From Vicugna vicugna (lineage: Eukaryota): 64,000 nt of DNA. Below, in pieces: positions 25,056 through 38,485 of the stretch; the stretch's first letter is position 1, and each line of letters starts with the position of its first letter. Where the stretch lies: the NCBI GenBank assembly GCA_013265495.1, contig MU058065.1, forward strand, positions 7,192,302 to 7,256,301, read 5' to 3'. The position numbers and the translations under genes are program-made. Under the pieces are notes generated by a model. It searched no databases. It was not told the origin of the DNA and was given only the letters and a program-made list of their open reading frames with translations.

Positions 25056-25442
25056 AGGAAAGGAGAGGAACCCAGAAATGAACATAGAACATACCCTGCC
25101 TTCAAGCAGCCTGGTGTAAGGAAATCTCAGAGGTGAAGAGGTCCTCCTTGGAATGTGCCTTCTGCCAGGGAACTTTATTCTCTGTACTTCTCAGTCCATC
25201 CCAAACTGCCATTTCAGTCCTGTCCAGGCCCTTCTGCCCATATCTACCTACACTGTTGGGAAGGTTGCCTTCAAAGGGAAGGACGTGGCAGGCGGTGTGA
25301 AGGCAGGAGACAACTGGTGGTTGAGTCTTGCTGTTTAGTGGGCAGAGGGCTGTGCACAGTGGGATTAGCCTTTGTCACATTAATCCCCGCTGTTTCCTAA
25401 TATGTGAGCTGCAGAACCCTGAAGCTGGGGTGGATTGGGCTC

Positions 25443-25910
25443 TGTGGCAGGGAGAAAAGTGTCCCCCCAGTTTTGTGTTATACGACAAAGGGGAATTATG
25501 GTTACAGATGGAATTAAGGTTGTTAACCAGTTGTCCATGAGCTAGGGAGATTAACCTGGATTATACAAGTGGGCCCAATGTAATCACAAATCACAAGGGT
25601 CATTAAAAGTGGAAGAGTCAGAGAGGAAGATGTGCCTTTGGAAGAAAAATTGAAGAGATGCAGTGCTGTTGGTATCGAAGATGGAGAAAGAGAGCAACGT
25701 GGATAGTTTCTAAAAGCTGGAAAAGGCAAGGAAAAGGATTTTCCCCTAGAGCCTCCAGAAAGCAGCGCAGCCGTGCTGACACCTTGATTTTAGCCTAGGG
25801 AGGCCTGTGCTGGGCTTCTAACCTCTGGAGCTGTGAGATGATAAATTTTTGTTGTTTTAAGCTACCAAGCTTGTGATGATTTGTTACAGGAGCCACAGGA
25901 CATCCGCACA
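25443..25910 (+). mobile_element. MLT1D/E-like MaLR LTR
   Basis: CAGATGGAATTAAGGTTG, GGTGGGCCCAATGTAATCAC-like motif, CCCCTAGAGCCTCCAGAA and GACACCTTGATTTTAGCC. Confidence 0.85.
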
Positions 25911-28900
25911 GGCTCTGGCCTTGCACAACAAGCATTAATTTGCTCTGTTTCCCTCATTTGTGCTTCCGCGTAGGGAGTTCTATGGCTGAACATCTGAAAT
26001 CCAATGAATCAAACCAATTCAGTCCCTGCCTTCTTGGAGTCGCGAGTCTACTGGGGAAATTGAGAATGCAGAGGCACTTGCTGTGGGCTATGGAGGAAGT
26101 TCCTTAAGAACAGAATTCCTAGCCTGCATGGGAATAACTATGGATTCCTGGAATTGGAGCCCACCTTCAAGGTTGGAGCTTGGGTTCAGGTGGAGAATGA
26201 CTTCCTAGGACCACTCAATAGGGCCCTGGAAACATTTGTTGAATTGAGTTCAGTTAAACTTGGGGAAGCAGGCTCTTAATTTACACTAGAATTTCCCCCA
26301 CACCTTGACTAAGCCCCAGTCTGACTTCATCTGGGAAGACTTTGTTCATGGAGATGCTGGGAGCACCCCCAGGACTTCTCAGAAGGAGCAGAGTCAGCAA
26401 TGTTGTTGAGTTGAGCTCTAACCAGCCTAGTTCCTTCTGTACATGTCAGTCACATAATCCCCAAGACCCCTTCTTGTGGTCATTGATGTTTCTTCAGCGG
26501 CACTTGTGGGTCTGAATTAATTTATCTACTGAGCTCATGCATCACCTCTCCCAGTGCCCCCTATACCTCAGCACAACATTTGCGTGTCCACCAGAGCAAC
26601 TGTCAGGTTAATCTCCAGTTTGTGCTATTTTATCTGAATGTCCTGTCAGATTGCAAGCAGCCCATAGGTCCAACTGCCTTATTCAATTTTGTAGACTGAC
26701 AGTTCAAAGTGCTGGGGGCTTGGCAGATTCCAGCAGCCCAGTGGATGTTTGTGAATGAATAAATGAATGAGTAAATGAATGAATAAACCTTTGCCCTGAC
26801 TTGCTCTCTGGGTTGGTGTTTCCTCCCATGGGAATACAAAGGTAGGAGTTGTTATTCTCATAGAGTAGAATCCTTTATGGAGCACATGGCGATTGAGCTG
26901 GTTCCTTAGAAGGGAGTAGAGCAGATGAGCAGTGGTGGTGGTGGTGTAGCAGGCCAGGACAGGAGCATGGGCCCGGAGTGTGGAGTGTGCTTGGGGACTA
27001 ATGGCCAGACCTGTGTGGCTGGGGCACAGGGTGCACGGATAGGCTCAGTGGGGATTCAGTTTAGGATTGTGGATTAGGTCCAGATCACGGAGGGCTTTCA
27101 ATGAAGTGCCAGGTTCGGAATTAATTCTTTGGGCAATAGGGAGCAAGGAAGGCCTTGGAGGATATGGGGAAGTGAGTTTTACGGGCAATAGAAGTTGGAG
27201 GGGTTTAGTCTAGATATTTTGGACAGTTTTCCCCAAACTCTAATGGGCCTGAGTTACCAATCTCTTAGGCATTTCAAAATAACCATAAATCACCTTCCTG
27301 GGGATCTATTAGGTATAGCCCTGTTGGGGGCCCTATGCAAGAATCTGTGCAGTTTCTGGGTTGTCTCCAGCCCTGTGAGACTCTGGTTTGTGACTTGCTT
27401 TCTTAGGAGGCAGTCTATGTGGATGTTCCACCCAGGGAGAGGTGCTGGGCCGGTGTCTCTACTGGAATCAGCCGGAGTTCTCCAACACTTTAGGGGATAT
27501 TAATGATCAGTCCCTTGCAGACTCTTGAGTGCAAGGAGTGATGCATTGCACCTGAAGTGTGTACAGTACATGACAGCTTGGCTCAGGTGTGTGAGCTCTG
27601 TGCCTTTGTGACATTACCCAAGAGGAATTCACAATAGGTTCTAGAAGATTTCCAGTTAGTATGCTGAGAAACTGCAGTGCAGTTTTGAATTTTCCCTGGA
27701 TCACTGTGTACCTGATGCAGGCAGAGGGGGATGCTCCCTGAAGAAGAGGCATTTTGATCCTGGGAATTTGGATCATAGCTCCACATCTGGGTCTTCTTTT
27801 TCTTAGTTTCCTGGTGTATGGTGGGCTGGAGACCTGGACCTCATGTCATACAGATAAGAAAAGGACCTCATCCTTCCCCCAGCTCTGGCCAGCTTCCCTT
27901 CCAGAGAGAACAAATAGAGCCCAGGGGTTGCTGGTGAGGGCTTGGATGAGAGAGGATGCACTGCTGGTTTGTGGGCAGACTGGAGCCTGTGAGAACTCAC
28001 ATGAGCCAAGAGGAATTTGGGGGGCATCAGGGAAGAAGGGTGAAGGTTAGGGTCACTTGTCCCTGTTCACTAGAAAAAGGTGAGGTAGCAGAGTCCATGC
28101 CTACCTGGCTGGCCTCCTAGCATCCCCCCAATTTGTCCTACCTGCCTCGTCCTTCCCTTTTTTGGACAATCTTGACAAACCAGCATTTGCCAGAGGGTTG
28201 GAGTGGTGAAAGGGAAACATTCTTTTGGACTTTTCCTCACCCAGAGCATGATGGGGTGGGGCAAAGTGCCATACATATCATGATTGGTGGCCCTTCATAG
28301 GAACTGGTCCATTAGTTTTGCAGAATCACATCTGCTGGGTCACAAAAAAGGCACACGCAGAGGTACTGTGTGATATGTTTGAGCATACCTAGGTTTTTGT
28401 TGATGGACCACTGAGAGTTGGTCAGTCTTGTCTTGTTTGCCATTAAATCAAAGATCATAGAGTCCCTGAGTCGTAGAACCGGAAGGCACGTTAGATAGAG
28501 GTGACCTCGGTCTCCCTTGGTCTAACATGTGGAGTGTGTGGGGCCCCGAGCGGTTGGGCTTCCTCAGGGTGGGAGGCTGGGGACTATGCTGAGGGCACGT
28601 TGTAGCGGCAGGAAGCTTTTTCTTTTCTTTTTTTTTTTTTTCTGGCTGTATTTTTCCAAAAGCCAGAGATGAGAAGATCATCTGCATGCCAGTCCCACAG
28701 GAGGACAGGAAATAAGAACTGACTTTGGGAATGACTCTCCCGGAACCCTCCTTCTCTGGGAGCGATCGCTTTCCCTGGCTCCGGAGCTCCCTCCACGCTC
28801 CGCTTGTCACAGAACACAGCGTGCCGAGTCCGTGTGTCAGGCGGGGCTTGGAAAGCTGTCAGCAGACAAGGCAGGGTTTCCAGCTGGCTGGAGTCTCAGG

Positions 28901-29658
28901 GACCCCTGGGGACCCTGCAGAACTTTCCCCTTCGCTGGGGTTTGGGTTCTGTGCATGGTGCTGCCTGTCTTCCCCATGCCCAGCCTGACTAAGCAAGAAT
29001 TTCTATTAAAATACAAGATGCCCTTCCCTCTCTCTGCGTTAGAGTCTTAGGTGTCCAGCAGTGGAATCTGGCCTGATATCCAAGGGAATCTACAGGTCCC
29101 TGAATGGTGAAGGGAGTGATGTTCTGCTTAGTTAGACCAGAGAGCAATTTGGCTCTGAGTTCCTTTCATCTATTCCCCCTCCTCTTTGTTCTATATTTCA
29201 ACAGTTATTGCCCGTAATTAAACTATTAAATCAGGGTTAGTTATCTGGTTGTGATGGGAGGATCTAGAATGCAGATTGTCTTTCATATTTCCTCCTAAGA
29301 ATGTTCGCATCATTTTTCCATCTTAGTACGACACAGCCCCTGCCTTTAGAGAAGAGGGGCCCAGAGATGAAAAAAACTCCACTCTTCAATTTTTACTCCA
29401 TTGCTGATCTCACTGGCTCCCCAAACTTGGATGGCACACATTAATATCTAAGAGATCCAAAGAGAGGCTTTTGTTCCAAATAGCTTGTCTGAGCTTCCCT
29501 GGATTTGCTCTGTAAGGTTAGCCCAGGGTCCTACCCCTCCCTCAACTACGAGTGCATGCTGTGGCCTTGGGTGAGCAAGTGTACTTCTCTGGACCTTGTC
29601 TCTTCTGTGCAGAATAAAGGAGCTGGTTCAGGTGGTCTCTGTAGACCCTCATCTTTCT

Positions 29659-29924
29659 TTTTTTTCTTTAGGCCATAAGGAGGCTTATTTATTTATTTTT
29701 TAACATTTTTAAATTGAGTAATAGTCATTTTACAATGCTGTGTCAAATTCCAGTGTAGAGCACAATTTTTCAGTTATACGTGAACGTACATATATTCATT
29801 GTCACATTTTTTTTTCACTGTGAGCTACCACAAGATCTTGTATATATTTCCCTGTGCTATACAGTATAATCTTGTTTGTCTGTTCTACATTTTTGAAATC
29901 CCAGTCTGTCCCTTCCCACCTTCC
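29659..29924 (-). mobile_element. 5'-truncated, lineage-specific L1 3' end with 16 bp TSD
   Basis: TSD AGACCCTCATCTTTCT (29643-29658) / AGACCCTCTTCTTTCT (29925-29940). The body is homologous to 50931-51102 and to the reverse complement of 254-544. Confidence 0.9.
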
Positions 29925-30744
29925 AGACCCTCTTCTTTCTGAATTCCCAGCTCCACGCTCTGTCCTGGCCCTGCCTTTCACCTTCTCCCTGCACACAGGC
30001 CTGCTAACACGTGGATTTATGTGGGGCACTGGCTTTCCCCAGCAGCTCATTTCCGCTGCTTATTACCAGAGGGACGGGAGTCATTAGCCTAGCTTTGCTT
30101 ACTGAGCCTTCACTCCCAGGATTTTATGTAGTGATGGCAGCTTTTACCCCCAGGACCAACAGCAGCAAAATTTCTGGTTGCACTTTATTAATCCTAGAAC
30201 TGAAAAGTGACTTTAGGGTGCACTAGTGGGTGGGGAGGAGAACAGAATGCCCTGAACCTTCAACAACTGCTAATCTCAATGGGGTTGAGCAAGGGTGAGG
30301 ACATATGTGGGAATATGCAGGCTGGGAAGGTGAGTTGTGCCTCAGTTTCTTCTTCTGCTGGGACTTGCACAGTCAGGTTGACCGTGGCTATGAGTAGTGG
30401 TGTTAGTGGGGGAGCAGCTGTAACGTGATGTGGAAAGGAAGTCGATGAATTAGGAATAAAAATCATTCTGTGTATGGAAGAGAACAGGAAGAAGGAAGCA
30501 GGCTTTGCCATGAATTAGTTCTTGATAGCTAGCTTCAGCCTAAATTAGTTCTATGGGCTTCTAGAAGCAGACTTCCAATATTTTCCCAAAGGGGCAGTCG
30601 AGTAAGATTGATTCTACATGTGGTATTTTCAACAGGAACTCAAAGATTCTGCAATTTGAAGTCTGAAGAGTAGGATGAATTCTTCCCCAAAGCTGGTATG
30701 TCTAGAATTTCTACCACATCAGTAAACACAGGAACTGAGTATCT

Positions 30745-31000
30745 TATAGAGCATCAGTCCGATGAAATGCTCAGGAAAAAAAAGATATGTCCCATAAATT
30801 TTGAAAAAGTTTCAAGCTCCTCTTTGGAGAATAATGTTATACAATACTATAGTAAAATCTCAGAAATCCTACAGGGTAAGAGGAACTATTTAATTTTGTT
30901 TAACCTTTAAGCACCCAAGTATATTTGAGAATAGAACCATTTTATTTTAAATATCCCACAACAACAAGTCTTCAGTGCATCAGACTTTGGAAAGTGCTAC
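30745..31000. mobile_element. hAT-Charlie (MER113-like) fragment
   Basis: CTCAGAAATCCTACAG...TTTGTTTAACC...CAGACTTTGGAAAGTGCT; inverse-like of 19575-19780. Confidence 0.45.
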
Positions 31001-32085
31001 CCCAGAGTGAACTCGGCCTTTGGAAACTATTGGTCCGAGTCTTCTGTGCTGCACAGACGCAGACCTTGCTCAGGGTCTATGGAATGGGATTTTACTTCTT
31101 TCTAGATCCTGGGAAAGGCAAGTACATGGATCTATGTCTTATTTTTGATAAATCCACCAAGGGAGGGCTCCTAAAACTCCAAGGTATAAAACCAGAAATA
31201 AATGAAATGGGGGGAAAAGGGGAATATAATTCATTGATATAACAGCTGGAGAGGTATGCCACACCACTTCCATTTGGGAGGTACACAATTCGAAGAGGGA
31301 GGAAGTAGAACAGCTAAGTGGGTGGAGGCAGTCTGCTTAAATTAATTCCTCCAGCTGGAGAGAGAGTAACTCTAATGAGGGCTGTTTCAGGCTAGAGTCT
31401 TTAGAACACAGAGCCCAAGTCAAACATGCTCACATGTTTTTTTGGAGAGTGCAATCCGAGGGCAGTGAGAGTCATGGGTAAAGAAGATGAAGCAGGGAAG
31501 GAGGGGCAAAAATGCAAAGTGGTGCGTTAAGGAGTAGACTGCAGCCTTAAAAAAAGGCAGGCAGCAAGTTGTCTAAGCACATGGGAAATCTCTGGAGAGA
31601 ATGTAAGGAATGGCCTTGGAATATCTTGGAACAGTCCTTTGGAGACTCCACCCTGGAGAATGGACAGGAAGAAAGAGTTTATCAGTTCGATCCTTGCCAT
31701 CATTTGACTCTCATTATTCAGAATTTATCCCATTAGGCAGCTGCTGGGAAAGGCAACGCCTTCCTGAATCCAGCTGAGTCAGACCTGGGTGCCAGAGATG
31801 TTGAGGCTCCATACTCATCAGAACACTCACCCCAGGACAGGCTTGCCGGAGGCCATGTGGAAACCTAGCTCCAGTCCTGGGGGGAGGCCGAGGTGGCTGG
31901 CAGTTTTAGATGAGGAGACGTAGCTGTAGTAGCCAAGACTCTTCACTGAGCAAACAACCCAGGTCCTGGGGCAGGTGGGGCCAAGCCAATCTGGAGAGAA
32001 AATAAACTGGGTCAGTACAAGGACTATCTTGAGAAAACAGAAATGGATACAACCCTGCTGAAAGGAGAGTGCAGTTAAGTTTCTG

Positions 32086-32253
32086 TTTTCCAATGTCAGA
32101 CCTTGGGACCAAGGCATGATACAGGATGGACGAGACAGGCCAGATAGTGTCCACCATCCACATCTGGCATTTTGACAGAGGCCACATACGCACAAAGGAG
32201 AGTGGACATGAGCCATTTTATACTCTCTCCCTGTGCACCACTCTCTAGCCTGG
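32086..32253 (+). repeat. Copy 1 of a local diverged direct duplication
   Basis: Aligns by eye with 33683-33867 and shares the perfect 22-mer TGTCCACCATCCACATCTGGCA (32148-32169). Confidence 0.9.
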
Positions 32254-33682
32254 CCCAGGAGAGGGGAGGTCTTAGGTGCGAGGAGTCTGTTTTGCCTGTC
32301 CCAGCATTCAGACTATGACAAGTTTATTTTGGTTCAACCTTGGATCATCTACTCCCAGACCCATGCCTCCTTTGTGCAGAAACCCTCCTTCTTTTTGTGG
32401 TCTCCAGACTGACACTTGGCAGGCCTGGCCCAGCTGGGAGGCCATCTAGAGTTACATCTTCACCGGGGCTCACAAAGATTGTTTTCCCCAAGCTTCTCAA
32501 GTGTTCTGCAAAAGAAAAACAAAAAGAGAGAAAAAGAAAGGAAAACAGCCCCTCCTCTTCCACCACATAACTTGGGCAAGAACTCAGTGGCTTTTGAGTC
32601 TCTGGCCGGTAGGGACAGAGCATCCTCGCTTTCTGGAAGATACGGCACTTGGCAGAGTGCTTCAGAACTATGGGGCAAAGCGAGGCTGAGTGGGGATCAG
32701 AGGCCTGCAGCTGAGCATGAAGTCTCAGGGTTGGACCCTGAGCTCCTTTCCCATTGCCGTTTTCACATTGTAAGCTGCTGACTGGCTCAGGGTGGTTATG
32801 GAACTTGCCTAAAATCACACAGCAGCATGCAACGCATTGGATTCAAACTCAGGGATGCTCAAATCCAAAGTCTGTCTGAATTGCTCACTTATCCTACAGG
32901 CTAATTCCTCTCCTCAAGGCTCTCAAGCTTGGCAGGCAGGAAGCTTTCTGAGGTCTTAAATTCCCTGGGGACTGACAGCAAGTGCTGTTCCTAGAGGTGA
33001 ACACTACTACATTAGGATAAATTTACAGTTTGGGAAATGTCAAGGTTTTCCCCATTGCTATCTTCTCCTTGTCCACCCTAGAGACTGGCCTTCCTATAAG
33101 CCTAGAAGAAGTTCTTGGGGTAGTTCTAGCTCTAGGTTAGGGCTCGGAGCTTCTGATCTGTGCATGGGCCTGGTATCCATTTACCATGGTGACTGCACTG
33201 CAGAGGTCACTGTGGCCAAGCCTCAGCTTCTGAGCCTGATGGTTCTTGATGGAAGACCACGGCAGAAGACAGTGTTCTTGCTTGTTTTTGTTCTCCTTCA
33301 TACTTCTAAGATTCATCAATGTGCCATTCATTAATGCATTTGATATAAGTAGAACACATAAAAAAATTGCTTTAATTTTGACTTTGCTTTGAAGGATCTT
33401 CCAGACAACTTATATCATTGCCTGACAGACAGTTTGGGCCGTTTTTAACATGCTTGTTACTACATCTAAAAGAAAGAAGATCCCAGAACCAAAGATCTCT
33501 AAAGAAGGCCCTCAGCCCCCTAAATATGCAACAATTAAGTTAGAAATCTCATGTGTGTCCCTTGACGTTTCTTAGATGCTGTTTTATTTCAGAGGCAGGA
33601 GGGGTTAATTTCCTCTTTTATAAAGGCCAATGTAACTTTCCTTTGGAAGATTAGGAAAATATTCAACAATAAAATGTTGGCT

Positions 33683-33867
33683 TTTTCCTAGTGTCAGACC
33701 TTGGGGCCTGGGCATGACGACATGGGAAGGCCAAGACAGTTTAGTCATCAGAAAGCCAAGCTGTCCACCATCCACATCTGGCACTTTGGCAGAGGCCACA
33801 TTCACACAAAGGAGGGTGGACGTGAGTTGTTTTATATGCTCTCCCCATGCACTGACCCCTAGTCTGG
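33683..33867 (+). repeat. Copy 2 of the local duplication; contains exon-like segment 33692-33821
   Basis: Same 22-mer at 33762-33783, with CTTTTTCCTAG acceptor-like and GAC|GTGAGT donor-like flanks. Confidence 0.9.
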
Positions 33868-34749
33868 AGATTTTCTTTAGTGATTTTCAAATATGTTTCT
33901 TGAAGACCTGGAGCCTCATGAAGGAGTTTCAGGGATACCACAAACTTATTTTTATTCATTTAATTCTGGAAAAAAAATATTCTGAGAGCTCTAATAAAAG
34001 CAATAGATATACCATATTTTAATGCATTTGAGAACTCCAAAACGCTAACTTGTGTTGCCAGATTGTAAGAATAATGCTAATTGCTGAAAAAAATCACATG
34101 AATGGATCAAGTACATTGGAAGAATAAAGCCTAAAATTGGTATTTCTAAACGCTGCGCAACTCTCCTTCAAGTAGAAACATGGGGACCCAGACTCCTTTC
34201 GTCTTGTGGTTCTACCATCTTTCACCCAGGACTTCACCCAAGTTTTCTGTGTTCCTCTGCGTTGAGGCAGCAGAAGGGCAAAGAACATGGCAGACTGTGT
34301 GTCAGAGCCTTGTCGGGGTTTGTGAGCATCCTCTGCTCACATGGTACTGGCTGGAAATCTGTCACGTGGCCACATCTATGAGGAACTCTGGGAGATGTAG
34401 TCTACCAGCGGACCAGCCTCTGTCTTACCAGGTTACTCTTTTAGGCACATACTAGAAATCAGAACTGTTTATCTGGAGAGTAACCATTTTAAAACCATTT
34501 CTCTGTGTGAATGTCAATTTTGAGACTGTGTAATTAAATTTAACATAGGTGTCAGCTTTTAGTCATAGCTCTGGGTGTGATATTTTTGTATTCATTAGAA
34601 CAGCCTCATTAGTCTCGTGGTTTGTATAAATATCAAGTAAATATTATGTATTTGAACTTAGGAAATATTATGTGCTAATAAAATGCTACATTGATCTGCT
34701 CTATAAAATATGAAGTTTCACCACTAAAAAAAAGCTTGAAAAAAATACC

Positions 34750-34885
34750 AATCAGGTGCAATTTCCTCATTTTATAGGAAATAGAGACCTGGAGGGAATA
34801 GGATACTTGCCCAAGGTCATCTGCTGATCAAGAAACAGCTGGAATTTGAACTCAGACTTCTTGGCTTTTAGTCAAGTGCCTTTTC
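34750..34885 (-). mobile_element. MIR SINE
   Basis: CTCATTTTATAGG...ACTTGCCCAAGGTCA...GGAATTTGAACTCAGAC. Confidence 0.7.
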
Positions 34886-35049
34886 TTCTATTTCAACTTG
34901 CTCCAGGGCCTCATGACCCTCATAACTTGGATATTTTTCAGCCCATTTTCATTTTCTTTGTCTGCAAGTGAGAGAACAGCTGAAACTTGAGGGCAATTAA
35001 TTCTGTCGTTAAGATTTAATGTCTTGCATTTTTGGTCCAGCTGCTTCAT

Positions 35050-35300
35050 GAATCAACATCCAAGAAACTTTTATTGAACGTCTATTATATGCCACACATT
35101 GTGCTGGGAGCTGAGTATGCAGTAGTTCAACAGATACTTTTCCACAGGAGTCTTGCAGTCTGGCAGAGGAGCCACATAATAAATAATGGAACAAAAGTGT
35201 AAAAGTATCTATTTTCAAATTGGTGCTATGAAGGAAGGAAACAACAGATTGAGACAGAGAAAAACTGGGAAAGTGAGCCTTTTCAGATGAGGTGATCAGA
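35050..35300 (-). mobile_element. L2 3' fragment
   Basis: TTTATTGAACGTCTATTATATGCCACACATTGTGCTGG. Confidence 0.7.
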
Positions 35301-36945
35301 GACCAATGGACTCCTTGGCCTGATCCTGGATATGTTATGAGGTTGGCCATGTCAGTGAGCCATTATCCTGGAAGGAATGGCTTCCTTCCCCTTTGAACAT
35401 TACCAGTGAGATTCTTGGCCTGGGAATGTAGGTTCTTGGTCAAAGGCTACAGAATGTGCACAGATGTTAAAATAAGTACAAATAATTAAAAGATGAAAGG
35501 GAGTCAAGATCCCTCCAAGAGCTAAATAAGAAAGGGATTTCCCTGATGGCTGATGAAGTAGCTAAGTAAAATATAAAAGACAAATAGCTTTTCCATGTTT
35601 TAAATAGGTTGGGGAAAATCTTTATTAAATATTCATTGGCATGCTTGTTGCCTCTCCCTTCTGAGTTTTCACATCTGCAACCTGTTCCAGAACCTTTCTA
35701 TGCAGGTGAAAATGAAGACAGAGGAAGCAAGATCATGGAAGGGATGGGGACTGAAGTGGACACAGAGCATGGAATAGTGAACATTGAACTATTTGTGTGT
35801 GTGTGGTCTGTGTGTAAGGAGTGTGTGCTGGGTGGAGCACGTGGTGATCAGCTGATCAAAGGACCTGAAAGCCAACAGCGAAGAGGAGACTGGTGTTATC
35901 CCAAGCCTCTCTGGAAGGGAGCACTATTCTGGGAGGAACATGTGATACCTTAGAATGCCAGAATGCTAGATATACAAGGGATGTTAAGAGCACCTTGGTT
36001 CACTCACTCTGTTTCTTACGTGAGACGACTGAGGCCATAGAAGGAAGTGACATGCTCTGAGCTGCAGGATGAGCCAGTAATTGGAGCCACAACTTTTTGT
36101 TTGTCTGTTTTGTTTTTGCTTCAAAAATTTTTTTGAAATCTTATGTTTCTTGCCTAGACAACAATGTGAACTAACAAGACAAAACACTGGCAATTTAAAA
36201 AATCTAACAGATTTACAGCATCTATATTTAGATCAAAAATTTTTTTTTTTTTACTAATTAATGTTATTAATCCCAGTCAGTGTTACCATTCCCACACCAG
36301 CCATGCCAGGATGCTGTTGGACCAGTGTGAGGAAGATTGCCATCAAGGAGCCTCGGTGTAAGGGTTAGTTTAAAATAAAAAAAATAATTCTTTTCCAGAA
36401 GACAAAGCCATGCCTTCCACTGCTTCAGGGACCAGAAAGATATGGCTAATAGAGAAAAGGGCTAGAGACTAAGACAGCCCAATGTGACCCCTGTAGCCCC
36501 ATGGCTGAAGATAGCGTAATACCAGGTTGAATGTTGGGTAAAAGAGTGCAGTTGTTTTTAAACAGTTCAAGTTGAAATTGTGACTCTGGTGAGACCCATA
36601 TGTGTATCCATATTTTATGGGAACAATGATACTTCTACTTGCTTTAATGAGATTTTCTCTTCTTTAGAATCTTCTCAAATTATTTGAGTAAGTTTGTACA
36701 AAGCAGCTGAGCTAATTATTTTTGGTGAAGACAAGGAATTTAACATGATATTTAGAGCCTTGAAGGATCTATGTCATCTCTCCTTTCCCTCTATCCATCT
36801 TCCTGTCTTCAAGTACCATTTTTATTTGGGTGATTTCTAAACCCACATCCCTCTTGTTGGTACCCCAAGTTGGGTATCCATTTTCATCTTCCCTTCATCA
36901 TCCCCCTATCTTAGCCTGGGTTCTCCAGAAAGCCAGAGATTTATG

Positions 36946-37370
36946 TGTTGTGTTAGGGTTCTCCAAAGATACAGAACGAATAAGATGTGCATTTATATAG
37001 TAACAGATTCATGATTTTGAGGGATTGGCTTCTGCCATTATGATACTGGAAGCCCAAAATCTGCAGGGTGGTCCATCAGGCTGGAGACCCAGGAAGAGCT
37101 GATGTTACAGTTCAGATCTGAAGGCCATCTGCAGGCAAAATGCCCTCTTGCTTGGGAGACAGCAGTCTTTTTTAAAAAATTCTAATTTACCCTTCAACTG
37201 ATTGCACACATCCCACCCACATTATGGAGAGTGATATGCTTGACACAAAGTCCACTGATTTAATATTAATCTCATCCAAAAACATTCTTAGAGAAACATT
37301 GAGAAAAATGTTTGACCACATATTTGGGCACCGTAACCCAACTGAGTTGACACGTAAGTGAACCATCCCA
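36946..37370 (-). mobile_element. MLT2 (ERVL) solo LTR
   Basis: GTTAGGGTTCTCCAAAGATACAGAAC...CCTTCAACTGATTG...GTTTGACCACATATTTGGGCAC...GTTGACAC; homologous to 2598-3126. Confidence 0.85.
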
Positions 37371-37659
37371 AGTGTGAAGAGTCTAAATGGGAAAATGATC
37401 CCAAAGAGAAGTGAGAGGAAAGGAGAATAAAACTGGGAGGGAGACCTGACACAAAGATGGATCACCTGCTTGTCAGGGACAACTGGGTGATCCAGCCTCT
37501 GGGACCTACTCAGACTTGGTGGGAGCTGCTCAGAACTGCAGCTGAAGCCTTGGCTGCCATCAGAGTTGAGGCTGAGATGGTGCTCAAGAGGTGACAGTTG
37601 CCGTCTCCCCAACAGCCTCCTTCCCCTGACACCCCTGTTTTGGGAAATAACATTACATA

Positions 37660-38485
37660 TTCCAACTGCCAAGCCTTGGTGTCATTCTAGATTCCTCCGT
37701 TTCCCTCATCACTCATCTGATTAAGGCAAGTTCTTCCATTCTTTTTCCCTCTCATTAGCACATCTCATGTAAGTATTCCTCCTCTCCAACCCCTGTGTTG
37801 TCACCACTACCCATTGCATCCTCACCAACTCTTCTCTGGGTTCTTGAAATAATTTTCCAACTAGTCTCCCTGCCTCCAGCCTTGGGTACCTCCCAGAGCA
37901 ATCACTCTAAAATGCATGATTTTCCTTAAAATTCCTCAACAGGTCTGAAGTTTGGAGACCTCATTTCTTCTGACTCCTCAGATTGGCACACAAGGCCCTT
38001 TGTAATCCCACCCCCATCGACCTCTCATTTCATCTCTTGCAACACTGCTCCTTGGATGCTTTGCTCCTCTAGGGACGATCCCTTGGAGGCTACTCAGGGC
38101 AACGTGCTCTGTCATGCTCTGATGACTTTAGTTACACGGAACCTCTGCCTGGAATGTTCTCCCGCCTCCCTGGGCCTCCACCCCCAGCCCGAGCTTGTGT
38201 AGTGAACATGTATTCCTCTTTCAAGATTTGGCTCATGAGTCACCTTTACTATGAAATTTTCCTGTGCCTTCCAGATGTGGAATTGACCATCTTAGTTACC
38301 CTTCCCGCATCTCTACAGACATCCTGCACTTGGTCCATACAATATTTAATTGCATTTGCTGTTAACACTCCTGTTCTTCTGAAGCAAACAGTAAGTGTCT
38401 TGACAGCAGGGATCCTATTCCGGCCATCTCTTTACATCCTCATCATGTAACGCTCAGCCTGACACAAAGTAGGTGCTCAATAAGA
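37660..38485 (+). mobile_element. L2 fragment with 3' end
   Basis: CTAGTCTCCCTGCCTCCAG, CCTCTGCCTGGAATGTTCT, ending CCTGACACAAAGTAGGTGCTCAATAA. Confidence 0.75.

Noticed and set aside
7810..30340. Isolated strong donor-like motifs (e.g. CAG|GTGAGT near 7818 and 17109, AAG|GTGAGT near 30329)
   Set aside because: I found no convincing paired acceptor or coherent frame, and such motifs occur often by chance.
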